NCBI RefSeq assembly: GCF_031769215.1 | Contig: NW_026781941.1 | Location: 992,001 to 1,056,000, forward strand | Direction: 5' to 3' | Length of the DNA: 64,000 nucleotides | Origin: Ylistrum balloti | Lineage: Eukaryota | Part shown: positions 36,401-49,620 of the stretch, one piece after another | How positions within the stretch are numbered: the first letter of the stretch is position 1 | Layout: the number at the start of each line of letters is the position of its first letter | The notes under the pieces: model-generated | What the model was told of the DNA's origin: nothing | The model's input: the letters and a program-made list of their open reading frames with translations, nothing else | The model's database searches: none | Position numbers and translations under genes: made by a program

Positions 36401-39400
36401 GAGATTGAAGATAAAAACAACTAAGAATGAAATATATTTCGAATGTTTTCATGCAATTCATTATTTTATATATATCTATATATTGAATTACAACTTACAA
36501 CTGTTGAAGCACTAAGTGGGAAACACAGTCACTGATCACTTTCGTTACTATGCACTAAACAGTCACTGAATTCCTTTGAATTTGTCATCATTGTCACTGT
36601 TAAAGAAGAAGGCCGGATCAAAGTCTGCCTCTGTAGATTTTTCATTGTCATTGTAAAACAGGTCGTAATCAACCTCATGATTATCCTCTATGTCAACATC
36701 TTTTGCGGGTCCACTATTGGGATTTTAGGTGTTCTTTTTTCTGCCATGCCCGAATGTTGGATTCAGGGATGTCAAAGTGGGTTTGCACGAAACCTGTCTT
36801 TTGGCATAGTCATTGGCATCTAGTTTCTCTTTGGCTGTTTGCTGTTTTCCCATGTCGAAGCCACGGTGGGTACAGATACCATATAACACATGTTCAGCCA
36901 AAGCCGGGTGTTGTCAATCTCCTCATACTCAATATGTTACTTGTTCATAACTGTTTATTATCCAATGAACCTAGCCTTCCATGCTTGTTAAGTCAGGCAC
37001 ATGCATGAATTTGTTGACATAAGATGATTAAATGTGTTAGGGTCATGGCCATTGTGGTTTCCTAATTTTCGATGGATCAAAACATCAACTGTTGCACCGT
37101 GGTAACCATGGTAACCCGTAATCAATTTATATATATCTTTTTCTTTTCTTTTTTGATTAAATCTGACCCCTAAAACATACCTACAAATTTATGGTGTTAG
37201 TAATTATTATGAAATCCAGTTCTGACAGCTGTAATGTCTTGGTTTCTTACATCAGCAAGCTTTGGTAAAGTTTTCTAGATTCTCTCTTGGGATACCCTTA
37301 TCCTATATTTAGATACATAGGAAAATGAATTAATTGGTTCTTTTAATGATATTTTTTTTCAGATCTATGGTGGTATGCGTGGCATTAAAGGGCTCGCCAC
37401 AGAAACATCTGTTCTTGATCCAGAGGAAGGAATCCGTTTCCGTGGTTATAGCATACCTGAATGTCAGGAGATACTGCCCAAGGGCAATGGTGGAAAAGGA
37501 GAACAGCCCTTGCCAGAGGGTCTGTTTTGGCTACTTCTCACAGGACAGGTGCCTACCCAGGCTCAGGCAGATGCTGTCACCAAGGTCAGTCTGCACTCCA
37601 CAAACCACTTTTTGTATTTGTGAAGCAGAAAATCATGTAGCAATAAAAAAAAAAGGATGCAGTGGTTCAGGAAAAGAATTTTTTCTGTACAAACAGGGAA
37701 AGAGAATATTTCTGAAAGTTAAGAATGTCATGCTGATCTACTTCTGATCTATACACAGGAATGGAACGATCGTGCAGCACTCCCCAACCATGTGACATCC
37801 ATGCTGAACAACTTTCCAGCCATCCTTCACCCCATGTCACAGTTCAGTGCTGCCATCACGGCATTAAATAGTGAGAGCAAATTTGCAAAGGCATACTCAG
37901 AGGGTGTCAAGAAAACTTCTTACTGGGAGGTAAATATATAGTGGTCCAGCTCCGTGACATACATGACTTACTTGGTGCTACAAACAATTAAAACCAATGA
38001 GTAAAGGTGAATTAAATTGATTTTTTGAAAAGTGTACAGAGATAAATTATGAAAGCCATCAAGTATTGATTGCTATGATTATCTGTAGGTCCTCAATACT
38101 AGTTAATACAACCTTTATATAACCAGTAAGCAGTCTCTTAAAGAGCTTATTTTCTGACGACCTCATTCTTTAATCATTGTGTTATCTCCCTTTCTCAGTA
38201 TGTATATGAAGACTCCATGGACATGATTGCAAAGCTGCCAACTGTAGCAGCCCTCATTTATAGAAACCTGTACCGTGATGGTACATCAGTTGGTACCATA
38301 GACCCTGCTAAAGACTGGAGCTGGAACTTTACCTCCATGCTGGGATTTGAGAACCAAGACTTCACAGAGCTTATGAGGATGTACCTTACAATTCACAGGT
38401 GGGTTAATGCACTGAAATTTAGTTGGGATTTTTTGTTCTCAGCCTGTGTTAGAAGATACCAGTTCACAATGCATTCTTTTTAAGTGATAGTTTTACAAGT
38501 ATTATCAATTACAGTAAACACAGAAAAGTTGAAGTCAAATGTGACATTAGACTTATTGGATGGTTTGATTTAACCATGTTTCTATGAATGGTGACATTGC
38601 ACAATGAAGAAAGACCCTATTTTCATCTGTTGTTTACCAGATACATGTCAGTAGCAAGGCATGACAGTAATGAATAAGTGATAAATAAATGAAATCATTT
38701 TATATCATTATATGACAACCATATCTTTTATTTAAATAAATAAACACAACATTTGACACACCTGATGTATTCAATTCAAATGTGTTCGACACAAGTGAGT
38801 TTTTTGGTGATTTACTTAAACTTTGAGATACCTGCAAATTGACAAGTGCTTGCTTTTATGATAAAACAGCCTTTTTATGGCTATTGTAGCCTCATTTACA
38901 TGCCTTGTTTGCATGTGATATTGTCTTTACAGTGACCACGAGGGTGGTAACGTCAGTGCACACACAACACATTTAGTGGGCAGTGCTCTGTCTGACCCCT
39001 ATCTCAGCTTTGCTGCAGGCATGAATGGATTGGCTGGACCCCTTCATGGCCTGGCAAATCAGGTGGGTCCTTGTGTCTTGTATACTGAAAGCTTATATAA
39101 CAGTTTTGCTTGTCTTCTGTGTGCCATCTCATGTTTCTTCAGCATTTTGTTAAATTTCAGCTACTCATAGTCCTTAATTGCTTTTTGATTTATTATTTTA
39201 CAAAAAAAAACTCAATTTGGTATATATAGATATTCTGGTGTAATTTCTTTCTGCCTTCATATTTTTCTGGTAGTTTTGAAATGTGATTGCTGTTTTTCAA
39301 TTGTTGTAAATGAGACCGGTCTACAGTTCATGTAAATGGCATGAGTATTAGTTCCATGAAATATAGGGCAATGATTAGAATGGATTTTTTCTTCTTTTCG

Positions 39401-41480
39401 TATGTTGCACCATCTGAAATTTAGATAACCTGACACAGCAATATTGTGTGTTATAGGAAGTACTGGTTTGGCTTACAAAAGTACAGGAGGACTTTGGAGG
39501 AGAGGTGTCTGATGAAAAGCTTAGGGACTGGGTGTGGAACACACTCAAGTCTGGGCAGGTAGGCATGACTTGTTGTTTATCAACTGTTCAATATATAACA
39601 ATTTAAGGTACCTGGTGTTTTAGCTTTGTGTTCACAAATGGATTTAAGGTCACTTGAGACAAAGTCTCATGATCATGGTGACCTATTGATATCACCTTCG
39701 TTCGGCGCAGTGCATCCATAAACAATTTAACATTTTCGACTTCTCAAACACTCCTCAATTGATTTCAGTGAAATTTACAGAAACCTTCCCTGGCCAAAGA
39801 TGAAACAAAATAGTTAATTATGTGGTCCCCACCACATGGGGGCCCGAGGGACGGAGCCAAAAGGGTCAAATTTACTCAAATTACAAAAATCTTCTTTATA
39901 ACACCCAGATATGGCAGTATCAAATGCTTTTCATAGATAGAAGCATCTTAAGGTAGTTTTCTTTGTGGGGAGGGGGTAAAATTTAATATAGTTTATGTGG
40001 GAAAAATAGATTTTTTAGTATAATTTGTTTAATTTCCATTGGAAATATTTCAAACTTGGTTAGAATTATGGATGAAGAATGATGACTGGATGGTATGAAT
40101 AGATTGATCCTGACTGGCTCCCCTGTTAGGCATGGCAAAAGGGGTCAGATTGTCGTAAATTTCAAGGTATAATCATATCAAATGCTCTTCTAGGATGGAG
40201 GCATATTGAGGTGCTTTAATGACCAAAATGGGTCTCACATTTCTTCCTGGGGAGGAAGTTAACTTTACTGTAATTTTATAGAAAAATTGAATTTTTGAGT
40301 CTAACATTGTTTATTTCCCACTGGAAATAACTTTGTAAGAGTCATTAGTGTAGGATGACAGTTTTGATGGTATGCATGTATTGACACTGGCTTACTATCA
40401 TCTATGTCACAATTTTCTTTTATTTTCATGGCACTTGAAAGCTACTTATTTATTATTGCTTACCTCAGGTGACCATCAAGGCCACTAAGCCTCATGATAT
40501 ACTTATAGTGATTGTTTCCTCTGGCAGTTTGTAAATGCAAGTGACTGTTCATTTGACAGTTTCCAGAGCATGTCCAAGTCGCTATAAATGAGCAGTATCC
40601 TTATACTTGTTAACCAGGGTGGTGTTTTTTAATACTTTGTCTTGATAAGGAATAATAGCATAGTTTCAAACATTTCTTGGTAGTGTGAGCAAAGGTATAT
40701 CTGATACTGTACAAGCATGATAGGCTGTTATTTGTAAAGCAGATATTAAGAATTTCAAGTCAAGTCGATTGATAACCCATTGAATTTGTTTCAGGTTGTA
40801 CCTGGCTATGGCCATGCTGTACTACGCAAAACAGATCCTCGTTATCAATGCCAGCGAGAGTTTGCACTTCAGAAGTTACCAAATGATCCCATGTTTAAAC
40901 TTGTGTCTCAACTATACAAGATTGTGCCTGATGTGCTCCTAGAACAAGGCAAGGCCAAGAACCCTTGGCCCAATGTTGACGCTCACAGTGGTGTGCTCCT
41001 TCAGGTAAAATATCATAAACTTGATAATACTTCATAAGTGTAATTCATGCAGAAAGTTTTGAATGAAAAGAAAAGATAGCATGGGGTCTAATTTCTTGGT
41101 GAAAGAAAAGATGGCATGGTGTCCAATTTCTTGGTGAAAGAAAAGAAAAATGGCAGTTTCTGATTTGTGGCCATTTGTTATGAATGAATTTAGCGTGAGT
41201 TTGTTCTCATTTCTGTTGGGGTTGGAGGTAGATGAAAAGTTCTGATAATAATTTTGCAGTTTATATTTGTCATCATAAGGTTGTTTTGTATCAAATTTGT
41301 GCTGGTTTTCACTTGCAGTACTATGGAATGACAGAGATGAACTACTACACAGTCTTGTTTGGTGTGTCGCGAGCTCTTGGTTGTTTGTCCTCTCTTGTGT
41401 GGGACAGGGCATTTGGACTCCCCATTGAACGACCAAAATCATTTGATACACCATCCTACCTGAAATTGGCGAAAAAATGA
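33442..41480 (+). CDS. CS: Citrate synthase, mitochondrial, 10 exons, 464 aa
   Basis: Exons: 33442-33489, 35062-35103, 35519-35626, 37363-37584, 37759-37929, 38199-38398, 38933-39062, 39457-39558, 40795-41004, 41319-41480 (1395 nt, GT-AG). Presequence [16 protein letters not shown]..., [10 protein letters not shown], catalytic GPLHG, GYGH and NVD. Confidence 0.97.
36230..37120 (-). mobile_element. Degenerate pogo-family deletion derivative in CS intron 3
   Basis: Minus-strand remnants [18 protein letters not shown] (36776-36723, Brinker/HTH-like) and [35 protein letters not shown] (36670-36563), resembling the acidic tail in the 14965 element; AAAAAGGGGGTG subterminal motif at ~36288. Boundaries approximate. 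Confidence 0.65.
39618..40497 (+). mobile_element. Helentron/HINE-like non-autonomous element in CS intron 8
   Basis: Starts TTTTAGCT, ends CAGGTGACC..AAGGCC...GCCTCATG, like the ends of abundant bivalve Helitron-N elements; assignment from recall, not a search. Confidence 0.5.
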
Positions 41481-43882
41481 AAATGGTGATACCTAGGACA
41501 TTTATATTAAAGTTAATGAGAGTGCTAATATCCAGGTTTTTTTTTTTTTTTTTTTTCCAATCAAGAAAGCATTTGTTTTTTGAGAGTAGAATATGATTAC
41601 ATGTGTGTAAAGTTCCATCTATTCACTATCATTATCAAGAATGTTTTTGCGTCACTTTCAGAGTATCAGATGATGTGTTATACTGCCATACATCCTCTAT
41701 GCCATCTAGATCATCAGATTTGTATATATAAATATTTTGATTTTTTCCCGATATCCTATATATGGAATCAGGATGGATCATAAACATTTGGATGGCTTAG
41801 AGGAATTTGATACTCAGAAAATGTAGCATTTCTGGAATTTTGTAAACATCAACTTTTGATAATTGTTGGTTTAAAGATTGGTCAGTGTGGGTGAAAATTC
41901 TTCTTTGTACATATGTCTTTCTATTGGTAATAAATAACTGTTCTATACATAGTGATTAGCTGTCGGTATAGTTATACATATTTAATAAGCCATCAGGTTG
42001 GTTCCATACATTCGAGTTGACATGCCAGGTTCCTTGGAGAGAGAAGCTACATTAAGCAGGATCTGTACTTAGACATTGGGCAACACTATGTGTTTGAGGT
42101 GTAACCTTATAAATGACTGCCAAAAAGAGCCATGTTTTTCTCCAAGCCGATATTAGATATCTAACAAGAGATAAAAATGCTGTGCAATTGTCATTTGAAA
42201 GATCATAATGAAAGATCATATATGTTCTGTTTGATAAAAGAGAATACTTACAGGTGATTGTGTCTAGTGTGGATGTTAGGTTTCTTTATTCAGTACAGAA
42301 TCTGCATTAAAAGAAAGTCAAGATTTTGTTTAACATTAGGTCTGTTTTCTTAACAGGGAGTTGTGGAGGACACACCAGATGTCCATTTATGACCTGATAA
42401 TTTGTGGTTTGTGTACCAGCTATTTATTTATACAAGATTGTACACAACTGTGTACATATGAGCCCATACATAGTACTGGAGACATTTTTTATGTAATGGA
42501 TCATTGGTATTCATTTGCCGAATGATTAAAATTTATCAAATAAAAAACATAGTTGGTTTTTTTTAAATTTTAATTTACCTGGCCCGAAGGACCGGTTTCC
42601 CCCACCCCACTCGAGAATAGCTCTGCCTCATTCTTATATCTATATAATGATAAATTATTAACATTCGACCATGTCTGTTTTCGAATTCAACATTTGCTTG
42701 AACTCAACATCCAAAACACAGTAGATCTCATTATTAGTCTCCTGCTTGTGAAACCAGAGGGAACTTTAATGTGTGCTTTCTATTCGGATGGTTTCTAGAC
42801 AATAACTTCTAAGGGATGACCGATTAGGTTGAAACTTGATACAATATTAGTTTGGTAGGAGGGCTAGTGTTGGATTGTGTTTGGGGTCAAAAAGTCAACT
42901 ACAAAGGTCACTGATACTAAAAATAGATTTTTGGTTTCCAGATGATAGCTTGAGTTAGGGATGATCAATTAGGTTGAAACTTGATACAATGAAACTAATG
43001 ATAGTTTATAATCAGATCAAGAGTCTGATTGTGTTTAAATTAAGATATTCAATACTGAAGGCAATGCCTGTAAATAGACATTTCATACACACATTCCATG
43101 ATGGCAACTACTGCAAAGAAGAAAATACTATCAGTAATCTATTTCTGATCAATACCATTTGATACAAACTTATGAAAGAAATTGACATGTACACAATATT
43201 AAGTTACATACTTATTAAAATTCCCATGTCATGTTCCAATCAAGTTATTTGAAAAATTGCTTCAAAAATGCTTTTTATGGCACTGCAGGGGACATGTGTT
43301 GCAACACAAACTGTATGCTTGTTAGAATTGAAGTTTTAATGCAATTCTCCAAAGATCTAGATCGAAATTTTCTGTCTCTAAAATGATGATAATATTTTGT
43401 CAATATTCACATTTTTATTGACTATGCACATTTTAGAGTCTCTTTAAAGTGCTATTGTTGGTTACATTACCATTTACATTCCGGTACTCGTGCAATAAAC
43501 TGCATTGATCTTACTTTACAAATAAAGGAAAGTAAGTTTTTTCTTGCCTCTACATCTGATATTGGTTACAAAGTCAAAAATAAAGAAAAATCTATTTGAA
43601 TCCCCCTCCTACCCCTTGTCTTCATGCTTGCTGTCTTTTTAAGTTCTGGTGACGTCACAAAAAGTATTCATTTCTCCACTTGAATTTCAGTTTTCAGTTT
43701 CATTTCGCTGTAAGGATAAACCAAGATGTAAGACTATACATCTTCTCCTGTTCTCGGAAAACAAAAACATTTCTCTTCAAGAAAATCAACGACACTAAGA
43801 ATATCAAATTACAAACGCAGCTGAGTATAGCATACACTAGTCATTAAAGACATAAAATAAATATGGTGATTGTTGGGGGAAA

Positions 43883-44334
43883 AAAGTGAGCACCTTGATG
43901 TTAATATGGAATTTCTATGATGTACTAGACATCATACCATCAGAGGTCATTGTGTGTCGTGTGCGCTAAATGTATTGCACCACAAGGTGGATTTTGATTT
44001 CAGCTTAGTTTTTGAAGTATAGGGTTAAGACAAGATGTTCACAAGAAACAGACTACAGGCAAACTAGTATTGCACATGGACCTGAACAGGTGATACCAGG
44101 ATTCCCCCTACAGGTTACTTGGTTGTTCTATGGCTACCTGTTGTTTTCAAATTGAATAAAGTGAGAACCCTGATATTAATATGGAATTTCTTTCATGTGC
44201 TAGACATAATACCATCAGAGATCATTGTGTCATGTGCACTAAATGTATTCCGTCACAAGGTAGATTTTGTGATTTCAGCTTAGTTATTGAAGTATACGGT
44301 TAAGACAAGATGTTCACAAGAAACAGACTACAGG
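43883..44334. repeat. Direct duplication of a ~177-bp segment (43883-44059 and 44158-44334)
   Basis: Two highly similar copies offset by 275 bp, both ending GTTCACAAGAAACAGACTACAGG. Confidence 0.85.
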
Positions 44335-47021
44335 TGAATAGTGTTACCTTCCATTTGGATTTGATTTTCACACCATAACTTTAGAAAGTCTCGATAGAAT
44401 TTAATAATATTTTGCATGTATGTTGAAATAGTAAAAATCTAGGCCAACTCTTTCTTGACTCAGACACTGTGAAAAATTTGGTTTCTGCGCCATAATTTTA
44501 GAATGCCTCCGTAGAATTAAATGAAATTTTGCACATATCTTGAAAATTAAAAATCTAGGCCAAATTCGTTTTTCGCTCATTTTTCAGCAATTTCTACCAG
44601 AGAAATGACTTTTTTTTTACTTAGAAACTGAAAAATTTGGTTATTCATACATTCATACAGCAACTATAATGACCAACTCGCATCAGTGGATCAACATTAG
44701 ACCAAGTTTTCTGTAAAATAGACTTCAATACCAGAAATTAAATTCTTCCACACATCATACTTCAAAGACCATTCCCAAGTGTATCTTGCATACCAACAGT
44801 GACAATTGCTGCACTGTTTAAAAGTAAGCACACATTTTAGTCTTCACATTAAACTTGACCTGGGTTTTAAATACTGAAATATCACTTATATCACTTTTTT
44901 CCTCTATACTGCCAGTAATGCTTTCCTGTACTCTTCTGGTATAAAAAAAAAAAAAACCCAAACAATATTCCACATGGTTGAACATCCATGTCCAAGGAAC
45001 ATGAAATAAAATGGTGAAAATTGTTGTGGAGAAATATTATCGTGTGAAAATGTGTATATAGTTTCTTGTAGAGCAGCGAATTTGGTTCCTCATTGTAATC
45101 TATGAACATCAGGTATCAGTGCATTAACTTCTAATTGGTTTTCTTCTACAATCAAATTTGCTTTTAATGTCCTTATAAAAATTGCCATTAAGTTTTAATT
45201 TGAACTAATTTCAATATGATTCACTACAGGTTGGATTTATTTTGACAAGAGTTAAGCCCAATGCAATTAGAAAAATTCAGGCAATTAATTGCTTCTGCTT
45301 ATTATCATTTATTGATAAATGTATTATGGAAAAGCACAGGTCATGTTCTTAGTTGGGTTGGCTTAGGTAATTTTGATAGAGTTATATTCATCGAGAAAAT
45401 TTCAAGCAGTTCAGTTTTTTAATATTGTCCCTGAGGCAGTATTCATGTCGCACTGAAAACGAAGTCTTTCTCATCATTTCCTTTACCAGTGTCTTATTTG
45501 CTCTTTATAAACTGATAAAATAACGTTAACACTAAAAATCAAAACTACTTCTACATTATACATGTAGTTATTTTGTGATTCCTTACCATAAATACATTTT
45601 CTATTGTCTACAAATATTTTTGTAATAAATATCAAGGTGTTTAAACATTTCAGTGCAACTGTTGTGCTTGTTCTTCTATAAATTGAAAATGAAATTTTTA
45701 AAAGGAAATGTAAATAAATTTATAATTTGTATCTTTTCATTTACTTTTACTTTCAAATGCTTGCAAATACAATTTATCAGCAAGTTGAATTTTCAATTCA
45801 GTTTGCATATTTACTTGTCATTGATAGTAATATAAGAGAAGGTTATGCATTTGTATTCACATGTGTAATAGCTTTGTAGTTTATACAAAAACATTAATCA
45901 TGAGTCAGTTGTATAGAAAATAGTTTAAATGGTTTAACCAGTCAATTTAAAATATAGAGACGGTGAACCATCAGTATCAATAAATTTTAAAAAAAGGCAC
46001 AGCTGGAAAAACATAACATGAAATAATTTTTCATATGTGTATCATTTTTTTTTTATCAACAGGTAAATTGAGTAAAGGATTACAATTAAACATAACTTTA
46101 TATATATATATATATCTTTTTTCTGTATCTTTGTTTATTTTGATGGGAAATTGTTTCGAATTTTTGAAATGGATATTTCACTGGAATAATTTACATAGGT
46201 GTATATTTAAGAGATACCTATATATAGCCTAGTTTCAGTGTAATAAGATTTAATGAAGGTTCCAATTTCTGATATATCATTTGGAATGCTTCTATATGCC
46301 ATTTGACCATTACCAGTGAAAGAAAACTCAACATATGAACATATTTACATGACTCAGATTAGTAACATATCATTTAGTACAGATATAAAAATGTGTAAGT
46401 TTTATTTTCAAATTCAAGTACATGTACATCATTCTCAATCCAAACTGCAACTTGCAGTTATCAGTGCTATTAAATGATTAAATGTCACAGATTATGAACT
46501 GAGCAATATGATTTTTGAATGTCATTTGAGAGTCAACCATGCCACATTGTAACCAGCTGAGGATCAATGAGCTCCATACTTAGATAAATGTGTCAAAATC
46601 TGGCAACACTGGCGAAGCCATGCGGTGGCAAGCGCCAAAGGCACGAAGCTTTGGCGAGGGGTCAGGGGGCCCTCCCCCAGAAAATTTTAAAAATTTTGGC
46701 TCCATTTCCTGCATTTTGAGCTTATTTTGAAGGAAAATAACGACACAATAATACTGAGATAAGTCGATATAATGTATTGAAATAAATCAAAGTTAGAAAA
46801 GATACAAATGGAAACAAAATAATGTCGGACTACATGTACATAACAATCAATAAGAAATATCAGTAAATGACAACATACATAAACATCAAAAATCAGCATA
46901 GACTACTGCTCGGGTAAAAAAAAATGAGTTGGTTAGGGCCAAATGGAGAGTTAGCTGGCGTTTTCTTTTCGATCAACAATATTCAAGCTGCCTCTCTCTC
47001 TCTAACACCTCCTTCAGACTT

Positions 47022-48638
47022 TCAATACTTTTGTTATCTTTACATCAATTTATACTTTTGTTATCTTTACATCAATACTTTTGTTATCTTTACATCAATT
47101 TATACTTTTGTTATCTTTACATCAATTTATACTTTTGTTATCTTTACATCAATACTTTTGTTATCTTTCCATCAATTTATACTTTTGTTATCTTTACATC
47201 AATTTATACTTTTGTTATCTTTCCATCAATTTATACTTTTGTTATCTTTACATCAATTTATACTTTTGTTATCTTTACATCAATATTTTTGTTATCTTTA
47301 CATCAATTTATACTTTTGTTATCTTTCCATCAATTTATGCTTTTGTTATCTTTACATCAATTTATACTTTTGTTATCTTTACATCAATACTTTTGTTATC
47401 TTTCCATCAATTTATACTTTTGTTATCTTTACATCAATTTATACTTTTGTTATCTTTACATCAATACTTTTGTTATCTTTCCATCAATTTATACTTTTGT
47501 TATCTTTACATCAATACTTTTGTTATCTTTCCATCAATTTATACTTTTGTTATCTTTACATCAATACTTTTGTTATCTTTACATCAATACTTTTGTTATC
47601 TTTACATCAATTTATACTTTTGTTATCTTTCCATCAATTTATACTTTTGTTATCTTTCCATCAATTTATACTTTTGTTATCTTTACATCAATTTATACTT
47701 TTGTTATCTTTACATCAATACTTTTGTTATCTTTCCATCAATTTATACTTTTGTTATCTTTACATCAATTTATACTTTTGTTATCTTTACATCAGTTTAT
47801 ACTTTTGTTATCTTTACATCAGTTTATACTTTTGTTATCTTTCCATCAATTTATACTTTTGTTATCTTTACATCAATTTATACTTTTGTTATCTTTACAT
47901 CAATTTATACTTTTGTTATCTTTACATCAATTTATACTTTTGTTATCTTTACATCAGTTTATACTTTTGTTATCTTTCCATCAATTTATACTTTTGTTAT
48001 CTTTCCATCAATTTATACTTTTGTTACCTTTACATCAATTTATACTTTTGTTACCTTTACATCAATTTATACTTTTGTTATCTTCACATCAATTTATACT
48101 TTTGTTATCTTTACATCAATACTTTTGTTATCTTTCCATCAATTTATACTTTTGTTATCTTTCCATCAATTTATACTTTTGTTATCTTTCCATCAATTTA
48201 TACTTTTGTTATCTTTACATCAATACTTTTGTTATCTTTACATCAATTTATACTTTTGTTATCTTTACATCAATACTTTTGTTATCTTTCCATCAATTTA
48301 TACTTTTGTTATCTTTACATCAATTTATACTTTTGTTATATTTCCATCAATTTATACTTTTGTTATCTTTCCATCAATTTATACTTTTGTTATCTTTACA
48401 TCAATTTATACTTTTGTTATCTTCACATCAATACTTTTGTTATCTTTCCATCAATTTATACTTTTGTTATCTTTACATCAATTTATACTTTTGTTATCTT
48501 CACATCAATTTATACTTTTGTTATCTTTCCATCAATTTATACTTTTGTTATCTTTCCATCAATTTATACTTTTGTTATCTTTACATCAATTTATACTTTT
48601 GTTATCTTTACATCAATGCTTTTGTTATCTTTACATCA
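47022..48638. repeat. 27/23-bp minisatellite (TTTATACTTTTGTTATCTTTACATCAA), about 60 copies
   Basis: Mixed 27-bp and 23-bp units (4-bp TTTA indel); accounts for the three overlapping repetitive ORFs at 46924-48741. Confidence 0.97.
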
Positions 48639-48807
48639 TATTGATGCGTGTACTAGAATTATTAAAAAGGAATACGTTTTCAATATAAGGTACTCTTTCA
48701 TATTACAGACCATACCCATACCAGAATTTGACTTTAACTGATTATCTCCCTTTCATCTTCCCGAATACATGTACCAGGTAAATGGATATATGATATATAT
48801 AAGCAGA

Positions 48808-49620
48808 TCATCATCATCATCATTTCTTTATTTCCTGCAAATACTTAAGAGTAATTACAATGACAAATATTGTAAATTTGAGTGAAAATTAAAGAAAAGA
48901 GTGCAAAAATATATATATTGAACAATGAATGTGAATAACCAATCCATCAATAATGGAGATTTCTAGCAGAACACATCAAACATTAGATAGGAGATGGCCT
49001 TTACTAAAAAGTCATATTGTTGGCCTTTTCAGAAAACATTAGACAATCTTTAATAAAAAATGTAAACAAAGATGAATCGTCATAAAATGATTCATAAATG
49101 TCCTCACTGGGGGCACCCAACAGAGACGCTATCTGGACATCTCTGTCCGCCTGGTCAAATGATACATATACATTAACTGGATATTTGTCCACAAAACTGG
49201 TAAAAAGATTACCTCGCAGAGACTTTAATATGGGCTCTTTGCAGTCAAGTAAACAATGGGCGACTGCGTCTTCAAAAGTGCCATTACATCGAGCACATCA
49301 AAGTTCACAAGTAGGAGGGGCAACCACATTTTTGCCACAGTTTTACATGTCCTGTTAAAATTTGGATGGCGTTTAGAAAATGACCAGATTACTGCAGGAA
49401 CCATATCAGGATGAAGAATTTTGAATCTATGAAATTCTAACGAACTGTTTATACGTAAACGCCAGTCATCAGATTCTTTACACAGAAGGACATTCTTTAC
49501 AAGATATTTCCAGCCAAGTTTGGATGGAAATTTCCCAGAATTAAGAAAATCAAGTAAGATGCCTCGGAAGTTGTATTTGTGCAAAGCATCCCAACCTCAA
49601 TTGATGAAACCTTTCTTAGC
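48808..49620 (-). mobile_element. 3' end of a LINE (5'-truncated)
   Basis: Minus-strand ORF2-like remnant (49584-49225), followed by AATAAA and a (TGA)n tail, seen on the plus strand as ATCATCATCATCATCAT at ~48808-48823. Confidence 0.65.

Noticed and set aside
46598-46720. GC-rich transposon-end-like sequence (CACTGGCGAAGCC...GGGGTCAGGGGGCCCTCCCCCAG)
   Set aside because: No matching inverted end found, so an element could not be delimited.
46924-48741. Three long overlapping ORFs (605, 571 and 535 aa)
   Set aside because: They are translations of a stop-free 27/23-bp minisatellite in all three frames; no domain or splice context.
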